A stretch of DNA of 21,848 nucleotides from Promethearchaeum sp. (GTDB lineage Archaea > Asgardarchaeota > Lokiarchaeia > Sigyniarchaeales > Promethearchaeaceae), in NCBI GenBank assembly GCA_030612265.1, contig JAUWOE010000037.1, positions 1 to 21,848 of the forward strand, given 5' to 3'. Of this stretch, positions 1 through 7,919 are shown one piece after another. Under the pieces are notes generated by a model. It made no database searches, was not told the DNA's origin, and saw only the letters and a program-made list of their open reading frames with translations. Within the stretch, counting starts at the first letter, position 1. Each line of letters begins with the position of its first letter. Made by a program: the position numbers and the translations under genes.

Positions 1-195
1 AAGTTCCTTAATCTGTTTTATTAATGGTTCAATTTTCATTTTCATTTTCTTACTTTGATCTATGATTAGAAAGTTATTAAAAATAACATTTTGAGTTTTA
101 GAGAAAAATATAAATATCTTTTATAAGCAAAATAGTAAATAGAAAGAAATTTTGTCTAAGTGAAAATAAAATTACTTTGCAAAATTCCTTGAAAT

Positions 196-205
196 TTTAT
201 ATAAA
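196..205 (+). promoter_or_regulatory. TATA-box-like element upstream of the cold-shock-domain gene
   Basis: TTTATATAAA is centred ~26-27 nt upstream of ATG 227 and preceded by purine-rich GAAA. This geometry fits an archaeal TATA box driving a leaderless or near-leaderless mRNA. Confidence 0.35.
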
Positions 206-226
206 TTTAAAAACTTGTGAAAAAAT

Positions 227-517
227 ATGTCAGAACCTGAAGATGGACGGGAATTTGGGAAGGTAAAATGGTTTAGCCCGAGAAGGGGTTATGGATTTAT
301 AATTAGGGAAAATATTCCACCAGATCAAGAAAATCATGAAATCTTCTGTCACTATTCGAGTATAGAGATGAACGGGTTTAAGACGTTACTTCCCGAACTT
401 CGAGTCAGTTTTGAGATAGCGCCTGGAAAAAGGGATGGAACTGTGGAAGCAAAGAATGTGAAAATAGCTCCACCTGTATTCGTGCAAAACGAGAAAGAAC
501 AAGAAGAGTCCGAATAA
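227..517 (+). CDS. Cold-shock-domain (CSD/OB-fold) nucleic-acid-binding protein
   Basis: 96-aa ORF with ATG start. 'GKVKWFSPRRGYGFI' matches RNP1 (bacterial CspA 'GIVKWFNADKGFGFI'). 'IFCHYSSIEMNGFKTL' matches RNP2 ('VFVHFSAIQNDGYKSL'), and 'VSFEI' matches 'VSFTI'. A short insertion 'RENIPPDQENHE' lies between the motifs, and the C-tail is acidic. Confidence 0.85.
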   Translation: MSEPEDGREFGKVKWFSPRRGYGFIIRENIPPDQENHEIFCHYSSIEMNGFKTLLPELRVSFEIAPGKRDGTVEAKNVKIAPPVFVQNEKEQEESE

Positions 518-536
518 TTTTTCTTCAATAATTAAT

Positions 537-1610
537 TTAATTTAACATAGAAATTATCGTACTTACAAGCGGAAGTTCATATTGCAAGAAATTATGTCCT
601 CCCGATCGTGAAATAACCCAATTTTTGTATTTCGATCTTAATTTTGCTATATTTCGATTTTCTAAGAACATATTAAAAGAAATGATCTTATCATTCTTTG
701 CATGGATTAAAAATAACTTCTTAGAAATAAAATCAATCCAATCCGCTTCATTTTCAAATTTTTTTCTCAATTTTTTTAATTGCAACATAGGAGAAAGCAC
801 ATAATTCATTTCATCTAAGGGATTCATCATCACACCAAAGAAGGTGTATCTGAGCCATAACCACCAATTTTTCTTGAATGTGATTGGGGATTGAGGGATA
901 TTGTCTCTATAATTGGACATTGCTGCCACAGCTATAATTTTTTCAACCGAATCATCAGTTAATCCTTGTTTTATTGAAGCTAGTGATCCAAGACTAATTC
1001 CAACTAAATAAATTGGTCGCCCGCTCAAATACGAATCTTTTTTCACGTATTCAATAACATCCTTCAGATCATGGGTTATTTCAACGAATTGGTTTGTTTT
1101 TCCTGTTTTTCTTGATTTTCCGGATCCCCTATTATCAAAGGTTAATACATCATATCCAGATAAAGCGATAGGGATTGTAATATGGCGGGTGTAAACGCAA
1201 TCATCGGAAAATCCGTGACTAAATATAACTATAGGAGATTTTGGTAGGGTTCCATTCCAATGTAAAATTTCGCCGTATAATGTAGGATTTTCAGTAATAT
1301 TACGTTCTTTTTTCTTATTTTTGATAATATCTTGATCAAATTTTGGCCAAAGTATAGGAATTCGTATAGGGTCTATTTTTATTTGTAAAGTATCAACCCT
1401 GTACCATCTAAACTGCCAAAAATCTCTCAACTCAAAATATAATGCCCAGCATAACCATGTAAAAATAAAAGTCATTAGGGATAAGTAGACACATCTTCCA
1501 GCAGGGTTTTCAAGAAGATAGAAATTAACATAATATATATATACAGCAAGGATAAAATCGACAATAAATAAAATAATATGCTTGGGACGGATTATAATTA
1601 AATTTTTCAT
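537..1610 (-). CDS. Membrane-anchored alpha/beta-fold serine hydrolase
   Basis: 357-aa ORF with ATG start. Two N-terminal hydrophobic helices are followed by oxyanion 'FSHGFSDD', 'FDNRGSGKS', nucleophile elbow 'GISLGS', Asp in 'HAKNDKII' and His in 'SGGHNF'. Its ATG overlaps the stop of the upstream MTase gene (ATGA, 1607-1610). Confidence 0.75.
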   Translation of the reverse strand: MKNLIIIRPKHIILFIVDFILAVYIYYVNFYLLENPAGRCVYLSLMTFIFTWLCWALYFELRDFWQFRWYRVDTLQIKIDPIRIPILWPKFDQDIIKNKKKERNITENPTLYGEILHWNGTLPKSPIVIFSHGFSDDCVYTRHITIPIALSGYDVLTFDNRGSGKSRKTGKTNQFVEITHDLKDVIEYVKKDSYLSGRPIYLVGISLGSLASIKQGLTDDSVEKIIAVAAMSNYRDNIPQSPITFKKNWWLWLRYTFFGVMMNPLDEMNYVLSPMLQLKKLRKKFENEADWIDFISKKLFLIHAKNDKIISFNMFLENRNIAKLRSKYKNWVISRSGGHNFLQYELPLVSTIISMLN

Positions 1611-4105
1611 AAATTCATCAATTCTCCAAATTCTGTAAATATATTTTTCTTATTACAAGGACTATTTAATAAGTTTCGAATTTTTTCTTCGGTTTCTATT
1701 GATATTTTTTTCCCTCCCCGAACGGAGGGTTCAAAATTTTGAATGTAATTTACCATATCATCGGGGAGACCATATATTTTACCCAAAATTATATCGCAAA
1801 TATCTATAATGTCCTTCATTTCTGAAGTTTTAAACCTGCGATGCTCCTTATCATAAAAATGAGAGAGTGATTTCATTAAAAGTGAAGAAAAATCTTTAAG
1901 AATTTCATAAAATTTCTCTAATTTATTTTGCAGGTCTTGTGGAAGGGGAAAAGCTTTCATTATATCGGAATTCATATGGCGTCCATCACTGTAAATTCTG
2001 AACCAAACATAATAAAGTGAACTGTTAATTAGAATTAAGAGAAAGTACTTTAAGCCTTTAACATTTCTTGATATTTCTAATAACGCAATCTGAGACCCAT
2101 AATAAGGTGGTATATCCCAAGCATTATACCAGTAATTTCCCGATATTCTAATTGAAATTAAATTTTCTTTTCTCTTCCCTTCTTTCTCAAATTTAACTAC
2201 TTTATTTCTATACTCATCCGAATTTCGAATAATAATGAAAGAATTTAAAAAATCACCTAAAATTAGCAAATTTTTATTGGAATTTAGTTGATATTGCGTT
2301 GAGAAAAATTCTAAAAATTCTACTAACCTTTTTTCACCTATCTTGGGAAGTCTATGCTTTTCATTAAAGGAAACTCCAATTTTTTTTCCAAGTAAGAATC
2401 GGTTTGCAGGTTCATAATTAAGATTTCGAAGATCTGGCATTTTCCGAAACATATTTGTTGTCAAAATATCTGGAAATTGATTTTTTTTTAAATTGTTTGA
2501 GGAAATCTTATTTATACATTGAATAATCGAAACAGATTGTGTCATATTTGTAAAAAATCGGCATTTGTCTCTGTCAAAGGTCGCGATTTTACTTATTTTA
2601 TATGAATTAGCAATTTTTTTGCGCGTGTTAGAAAGATCTTTACTAAAACATATTGCATAACTTGTTAAAAAGGCAATAATACCACCGTTTCGATTTAGAT
2701 CGATTGCACGTTCAATGAAAACTGCCGATATTTCATTCAAGAACGAATAAAATGTATCGATTTTTTTTTTTTCGGAATTGGAAAGTAAGTTTCCGTACGG
2801 AGGGTTTCCTAAGATTATATCAAATCCACGATTATGCGAATTACTTGGAAAAATATCTGGAAATTCAACATTCCAATGAAAAGGTTTAACTATGCTATTC
2901 TCATTTATTTCCTGGTTATTAATTTCACCCGAATTACTAAAACCTATTAAAGAATTACCTGTAAGAATATTTAAACGCAAAAACTTCGGGTGTAAAAAAC
3001 TTGAAAATGAGAAATCCCATGAATCTATATACTTTAGTAGGAGTCTAATTTTTGTGATAATTACAGCGCGTGGATTAATATCTACTCCATAAATTACTGT
3101 CGAAAATAAAAGTTTCTTTAGAAAAACAATTAAATCTTTAAATTTTTCAAAAGAGTTTAAATCTTTTTTCTCGATAGAAACATTTATAAATAATACATTT
3201 TTAATTTGATATTTTCTCGATGCCACCCATATATACTTATACACTTTAATTATTAAATCGGTGATACTGGCTAAAAAATGCCCAGATCCTACAGCTGGAT
3301 CTAAAATTTTTATATTACTAATCTTTGCAAATATTTCCTGAATTTTAATATTTTTAAGCTCTAAATCATACTGATCTAGATCAGAATTAAAATAATTCTC
3401 GCAATTTATCCAAAATGGAATGTCTAATTTATCTGGAAAAAATTTCCCATTTAAAACAGATTCAGCAATGAAATCACATATATAATCAGGAGTATAATAA
3501 GCACCAGTTGATTTTTTAGTATCATCTGATAATATTTTCTCAAATAGTGCTCCAATGGTAAAATCATCTATTTGACCCCCTACTTTTTCCTGTATGATGA
3601 ACATATTAAATATTGGAAGAGAATTTATCATGGATTCAGGAATCTTTTTCGTTGCTTTGATTTTTTCAAGTAATTCATTATTAAAATCTTGAAAATAAGC
3701 TTCATTTGGTAATAATTCTTGATAAAAAGCATCCCAAAGAAAACCATGGTTATCCTTAATAAAGTGATCCCCGAGAATAATGAGTTCTTCTTTGATGATA
3801 TTATTGGATTTTACTATTGAATCCTTAGAAATAGATGGAAATATATTATTGAAAAATCGTGTTAGAAATTTAGAATAAGACCAGTGATTTTGGGATGAAT
3901 TTAGTTGCTTAAAATTATTTAGAAAATATTCAGAATCTTTATTGAAACAACCCTTTCTTTGTATATACCAGAGAGCAGTCATTAAGAGGACGAATCTATT
4001 TATTTTTTCTCTGTTGATCTCTGATTTGCTGACACTTTGTATATATTCACAAGATTTTTTAAAAAGATGAAAAAAAGAATCAATTCTTTTATTCTGGATG
4101 CTCAA
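1607..4105 (-). CDS. Gamma-class N6-adenine DNA methyltransferase (Eco57I/TaqI-like), no nuclease domain seen
   Basis: 832-aa ORF with 'GAYYTPDYICDFI', motif I 'LDPAVGSGHFL', 'YGVDINPRAV' and motif IV 'GNPPYG'. Post-catalytic 'FIERAIDLNRNGGIIAFL' and TRD/C-terminal signatures 'LILINSSLYYVWFR' and 'IYGLPDDMVNYIQ' are also present. The track start at 4105 is a TTG codon and the next in-frame ATG is codon 42 (3982), so the N-terminus is uncertain. TTG is favoured because ATG-42 would cut the conserved helix 'RFVLLMTALWYIQRKG'. Confidence 0.85.
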   Translation of the reverse strand: MSIQNKRIDSFFHLFKKSCEYIQSVSKSEINREKINRFVLLMTALWYIQRKGCFNKDSEYFLNNFKQLNSSQNHWSYSKFLTRFFNNIFPSISKDSIVKSNNIIKEELIILGDHFIKDNHGFLWDAFYQELLPNEAYFQDFNNELLEKIKATKKIPESMINSLPIFNMFIIQEKVGGQIDDFTIGALFEKILSDDTKKSTGAYYTPDYICDFIAESVLNGKFFPDKLDIPFWINCENYFNSDLDQYDLELKNIKIQEIFAKISNIKILDPAVGSGHFLASITDLIIKVYKYIWVASRKYQIKNVLFINVSIEKKDLNSFEKFKDLIVFLKKLLFSTVIYGVDINPRAVIITKIRLLLKYIDSWDFSFSSFLHPKFLRLNILTGNSLIGFSNSGEINNQEINENSIVKPFHWNVEFPDIFPSNSHNRGFDIILGNPPYGNLLSNSEKKKIDTFYSFLNEISAVFIERAIDLNRNGGIIAFLTSYAICFSKDLSNTRKKIANSYKISKIATFDRDKCRFFTNMTQSVSIIQCINKISSNNLKKNQFPDILTTNMFRKMPDLRNLNYEPANRFLLGKKIGVSFNEKHRLPKIGEKRLVEFLEFFSTQYQLNSNKNLLILGDFLNSFIIIRNSDEYRNKVVKFEKEGKRKENLISIRISGNYWYNAWDIPPYYGSQIALLEISRNVKGLKYFLLILINSSLYYVWFRIYSDGRHMNSDIMKAFPLPQDLQNKLEKFYEILKDFSSLLMKSLSHFYDKEHRRFKTSEMKDIIDICDIILGKIYGLPDDMVNYIQNFEPSVRGGKKISIETEEKIRNLLNSPCNKKNIFTEFGELMNL

Positions 4106-4946
4106 TTTCTTTCAATTCAACAGCATTTTTGTCTTGAAGAATAGTCGGTCGTGATTTTTGTCTTATCACTTCTACATCTATTTCCTCTTTTTCAACAATT
4201 TCAGAGTATTTAAAGATAGCAATAACAGAGATTAAGGACGAGACAAATGCTCCAATATTTCCCAAAAAGATCCAAAGCCAGAATAAAATGATCTCAAATC
4301 TTTGAATTAAATTGCTTGATTCTACCGATCCAGATTGGAATTCAAATAATAATACTCCTTGGTTAACATATAAAACTAATCCAAGAGTTATTATAGTGCT
4401 TGCCGCCGAACACACCACAAGATAAACCTTTTTTGACCAAATATTACAAGTTAATTGCGCACAATTAATACCAAACGCTATCCAACTAATCAGAATTAAT
4501 CTGTCTATATAACTTGTAAATTGAGAAGCTGAAACGCTGTATAATATGACTTCAGGCTTATCCCATCCAAAAATTGATAATCCTAAAATGGGAATTAAAA
4601 TACTCAAGATTAAACTACCTATTCCAAAAATTACTGAGATTTGCATAGGTAAAGTTCTTTCAACCTTAACGATCATTTCGTTCCCAATCATCATTTCATC
4701 AATTCGAGCCTGAACCTTAAGCGGAACAACATCTTCTAAAATAACAAATTCATACATTTTAAATTTATTAATAATTTTAGATGCAAGATCGATACCAATT
4801 TTGATTTCTCGCTCTTTAGACTTAGTTCCTGAATAAAAGAATACCTTTTTTTCTTCATTATCTATCAATAATGCAATATCATGGGGGTAAAGAGATTCTG
4901 ACTCAATAAAATCCATTTTAGTGAGATCTAATATATATAAAAACAT
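4089..4946 (-). CDS. Polytopic membrane protein with a soluble N-terminal gelsolin-repeat-like domain
   Basis: 285-aa ORF with ATG at 4946 and an alternative ATG at 4916 (M11). The ~100-aa N-terminal soluble region contains 'HDIALLIDNEEKKVFFYSGTKSKEREIKIGIDLASKI'. It is followed by 4-5 hydrophobic helices such as 'MQISVIFGIGSLILSILIPILGLSIFGW' and 'FEIILFWLWIFLGNIGAFVSSLISVIAIF'. The 3' end overlaps the MTase TTG start by 17 nt. Confidence 0.6.
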   Translation of the reverse strand: MFLYILDLTKMDFIESESLYPHDIALLIDNEEKKVFFYSGTKSKEREIKIGIDLASKIINKFKMYEFVILEDVVPLKVQARIDEMMIGNEMIVKVERTLPMQISVIFGIGSLILSILIPILGLSIFGWDKPEVILYSVSASQFTSYIDRLILISWIAFGINCAQLTCNIWSKKVYLVVCSAASTIITLGLVLYVNQGVLLFEFQSGSVESSNLIQRFEIILFWLWIFLGNIGAFVSSLISVIAIFKYSEIVEKEEIDVEVIRQKSRPTILQDKNAVELKEIEHPE

Positions 4947-5006
4947 CTTATAATGAAATTTATTTGTTTCTTTTGAAAAAACTTTCGTTATAGATTATAA
5001 AAATGG

Positions 5007-5019
5007 AAAAAAAAAAAAA
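5007..5019 (-). terminator. Oligo-T (T13 on minus strand) archaeal terminator after tfb
   Basis: An A13 run on the + strand begins 6 nt past the tfb stop codon (5025-5027), giving T13 in the transcript sense. Archaeal RNAP terminates at oligo-T tracts. Confidence 0.4.
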
Positions 5020-5024
5020 TTTTT

Positions 5025-5924
5025 TTAGATATTTAATTTTATTTGCTTTGCCCTTGTTCTAAGCGTTACTTCTGTAATCCGAGCAATCTCTGAAATCTCT
5101 GTTTGAGTTCTTCGTTCTGTTGTCGGTTTGGCCGCAATATAAAGAGCTGCGGCAGCTAATCCTTTGGGATCTTTGCCCATTTTTTTTAAACCATGTCTTA
5201 ATGCAGTTTTTAATATGTCTGCTGCTTTTTGCTGTACTTGAACTGATAAATCCAAATCGTTACCGAATCTATATACAAGTGGTCCTGGTGATATTGGTCT
5301 GTAACGGAGTTTAAGCACAGGCAAAACCATACGTACAACCAATCCCAAGGAGCGATGAACGCTTCGCAATGGAAGTAAAGCGACGTCGACCACTTCCTCT
5401 AAAAGTCTTGGAAAATCATGAATTCTGATTGCTGCGTACATAGATGCTGTGACGAATGAATCTATGCTTCTTCCCATGGTCAATTTTTGTTTAGCTACCT
5501 CTGAGTAAATCTTCCATGCAGTTTCAAGAATGTAGTCTGGTATATTTAATTTTTGAGCCAACTGGTTAATCTTTGGTCTTGCTTCCCAGAAGTTTCGCTC
5601 GAGTGAATTTACAAGAGAACCTTGGATTTTGGAAAGGCGGTTGAACATTGCTTGCTTTTTACCTTGAAGCGATACACCCTTTGCATCAGGTGTATTTGTG
5701 CCGATTACAGTTCTGGGGCCGAAATTTCGCCATCGTGGTTCGGTTCTTTTACGATTCTTAACTTCATCTGCAGTATAAGCACGTTTTTCAGTCGCAACGA
5801 AAGATCTTCCTAATACCATTCCGCAATTGTGGCAAACTCTCATCCCATCGTCGTTATGAATATCAGGATTGCTACAACAAGGTTCTTCTTTATTATCTTT
5901 TTCGTAAAAATTTGGTATTGCCAT
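5025..5924 (-). CDS. tfb: Transcription initiation factor B (TFB/TFIIB homologue)
   Basis: 299-aa ORF with ATG start. It has an N-terminal Zn-ribbon-like 'CCSNPDIHNDDGMRVCHNCGMVLG' and a B-reader/linker 'EPRWRNFGPRT'. Two cyclin-like repeats follow ('ETAWKIYSEV...SMYAAIR' and 'AADILK...LAAAALYIAA'), then a C-terminal 'ISEIARITEVTLRTRAKQI' HTH. Confidence 0.9.
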   Translation of the reverse strand: MAIPNFYEKDNKEEPCCSNPDIHNDDGMRVCHNCGMVLGRSFVATEKRAYTADEVKNRKRTEPRWRNFGPRTVIGTNTPDAKGVSLQGKKQAMFNRLSKIQGSLVNSLERNFWEARPKINQLAQKLNIPDYILETAWKIYSEVAKQKLTMGRSIDSFVTASMYAAIRIHDFPRLLEEVVDVALLPLRSVHRSLGLVVRMVLPVLKLRYRPISPGPLVYRFGNDLDLSVQVQQKAADILKTALRHGLKKMGKDPKGLAAAALYIAAKPTTERRTQTEISEIARITEVTLRTRAKQIKLNI

Positions 5925-6180
5925 ATTAATTTCAACTATTTTAGTGGCTCTATTTTTTTTGGAACAATCAAAGGAAATTTTTCCCTCAAAATGCCCATTT
6001 TATGTTTAGAGGACGTGTTCTACATAAGTATTTTACAATCCATTACTTATAATTTATTTCTATAATCTTTCCGAACTTTTCTAGGAAAAATTTTAATAGA
6101 ATATTAGCTTTTGGTAATGAAAACTTCTTAAAATTAATGAAAAAAATTGGAAAGATTCCCCTTTTTGGAATACTTTATCT

Positions 6181-6195
6181 AAAAAAGGAAAAAAA
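6181..6195 (-). terminator. Oligo-T tracts (T7-CC-T6 on minus strand) downstream of rtcB
   Basis: A6-GG-A7 on the + strand lies ~48 nt past the rtcB stop (6243). The call rests on the T-rich tract only. Confidence 0.3.
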
Positions 6196-6242
6196 GATTT
6201 TAAGCGATTTAGAAAAATTGCAAAACTCTTACAAAGTTTTCT

Positions 6243-7709
6243 TTATCCTTTCGTTACTCCGATTGGAACTAGCTTTGCAACTTTCTTTATAATGCCCAAA
6301 TCGTGTGAGACTCCAACTACTTCATCAATATTCTTATATGCTAGAGGAGCTTCTTCCGCTAAAATTTTCAGAGAAGCTGCTCGAACAACAATTCCTTGTT
6401 TTCCTAATTCTTGCTTTATTGTTTTACCCCAAAATTGACGTTTTGCTTTTGAGCGACTCATTTCCCTACCTCCTCCGTGGGCAGTGCTTGCAAATGATAA
6501 ATCCATAGCTTTTTCTTTACCGACACAAAGATATGAGGAAGTTCCCATGCTTCCAGGTATTAAGACAGGTTGACCGATATCTTTGTACATATCTGGAACA
6601 TCCCGATGACCAGGAGGAAATGCCCGGGTTGCGCCTTTTCTATGTACGTTAACCATTCCGCGCTCCCCATTTCCAAGATCATGTTCTTCTTGTTTAAGAA
6701 TATTATGAGCCAAACCGTAAATTAACTCCAATTTTGACGGATCGAGGCCTAAAACCGATTGAAAAGTTTCCCTTGCCCAATGCATAATAATATGTCTATT
6801 TGTCCAGGCAAAATTTGCTGCAGCTCGCATCTGAGCTAAATATCTGTCAGCTTCTTTTGTTCCGCTAATGACATACCCTAATTCGCGATCCGGTGCAATA
6901 ATTCCGTTGCGATGCATTAAGTGATCAATTTCTTGTAGAGAATCAGTACAAACTTGATGCCCCATAGCTCGAGAACCTGTGTGGATCATCAAGGTTATTT
7001 GATTTTTCTCGATGCCCATAATCTTCGCAGAGTTTTCATCAAAGATTTCATCGACGCGTTGAATTTCAATGAAATGATTACCTGAACCCAACGATCCGAG
7101 CTGTCTTATACCTCTATCTTTAGCTTTTTTTGAGACTAAAGAACTGTCTGCTCCCTGCGTAAAACCATGATCTTCGCAAAATTTACGATCCTTATCAAAA
7201 CCGAATCCTTTTTCTATTGCCCAATTAATTCCCTCATCTAAGACCTGATTTAAATCAGTTGGAGTAATTCTAAGTTTTCCTTTCGATCCTAAACCGCTTG
7301 GAATATTCTGAAACAATCCTTCGGTTAATTCTGGTAGTAGAGCTGCCACATCATTGTATTCTAAACCTGTTCTTAAAAGCCTAACTCCGCAATTAATATC
7401 ATAGCCAACTCCTCCAGGAGAAATTGCACCTCCATCTAAATCTGTTGCTGCTACACCTCCAATACAGAACCCATATCCTTGATGAGCATCACTCATAGCA
7501 ATTACATGCTTTCTAATTCCAGGTAAACAAGCCACATTTGTTATTTGATCGATGCTCTTATCTTTACTAATTCTTTCCATTAAATATTCATTAGCGTAGA
7601 TTCGCGCGGGCACTTTCATGTAAAATTTAAGGATTTTTTCTTCAACTTTAACTAATTTCATATCTGCTGGAACTTCATAGATATTCTCATCTATTCGTTG
7701 CGTTATCAT
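6243..7709 (-). CDS. rtcB: RtcB-family RNA 3'-phosphate ligase (tRNA-splicing ligase)
   Basis: 488-aa ORF with ATG start. RtcB signature strings are 'GGVGYDINCGVR', 'GSGNHFIE', 'HTGSRAMGH' and 'STAHGGGREMSRSKA'. The length shows no intein. Confidence 0.95.
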   Translation of the reverse strand: MITQRIDENIYEVPADMKLVKVEEKILKFYMKVPARIYANEYLMERISKDKSIDQITNVACLPGIRKHVIAMSDAHQGYGFCIGGVAATDLDGGAISPGGVGYDINCGVRLLRTGLEYNDVAALLPELTEGLFQNIPSGLGSKGKLRITPTDLNQVLDEGINWAIEKGFGFDKDRKFCEDHGFTQGADSSLVSKKAKDRGIRQLGSLGSGNHFIEIQRVDEIFDENSAKIMGIEKNQITLMIHTGSRAMGHQVCTDSLQEIDHLMHRNGIIAPDRELGYVISGTKEADRYLAQMRAAANFAWTNRHIIMHWARETFQSVLGLDPSKLELIYGLAHNILKQEEHDLGNGERGMVNVHRKGATRAFPPGHRDVPDMYKDIGQPVLIPGSMGTSSYLCVGKEKAMDLSFASTAHGGGREMSRSKAKRQFWGKTIKQELGKQGIVVRAASLKILAEEAPLAYKNIDEVVGVSHDLGIIKKVAKLVPIGVTKG

Positions 7710-7889
7710 TTTATTAATATCACTCCATTAACTTCCTTTATAATGCTAAAACTGGAAAAATACAAATGCAATTACTTTATTCATGTTATTATTCTGTATT
7801 TTAATCGATCAGTAATCTCCTCATAATTTCCATTTAACAATTGAACATTAAATTGAAGAACGCCTACTAAAAAAAAGTTGAGTTATGAA

Positions 7890-7896
7890 TTTATAA
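7890..7896 (+). promoter_or_regulatory. TATA-box-like element upstream of the aminopeptidase gene
   Basis: TTTATAA is centred ~27 nt upstream of ATG 7920, which is leaderless geometry. Confidence 0.3.
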
Positions 7897-7919
7897 CTTG
7901 CTTCATTTAAAACAGTATA

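Noticed and set aside
1-45. A minus-strand frame open to the left window edge, starting ATG 45-43 (MKMKIEPLIKQIKEL...).
   Set aside because: Only 15 codons are visible. That is insufficient to call a gene or a product.
2761-2772. A 12-nt homopolymer (A12 on the coding strand, encoding E-K-K-K-I just after the NPPY motif) in the MTase gene, considered as a phase-variation switch.
   Set aside because: An equally long A12 run (8032-8043) lies inside the housekeeping aminopeptidase gene. Lys-encoding A-runs therefore look like a general property of this AT-rich genome. Read-level length heterogeneity would be needed to revive the idea.
1607-4105. The MTase as a Type IIG restriction-modification fusion or a BREX PglX.
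   Set aside because: Only ~200 mostly helical residues precede the 'GAYYTP' motif, and I see no PD-(D/E)xK-like motif. No pglZ, brxC, brxL or other BREX genes are adjacent. At 832 aa it is shorter than typical PglX.
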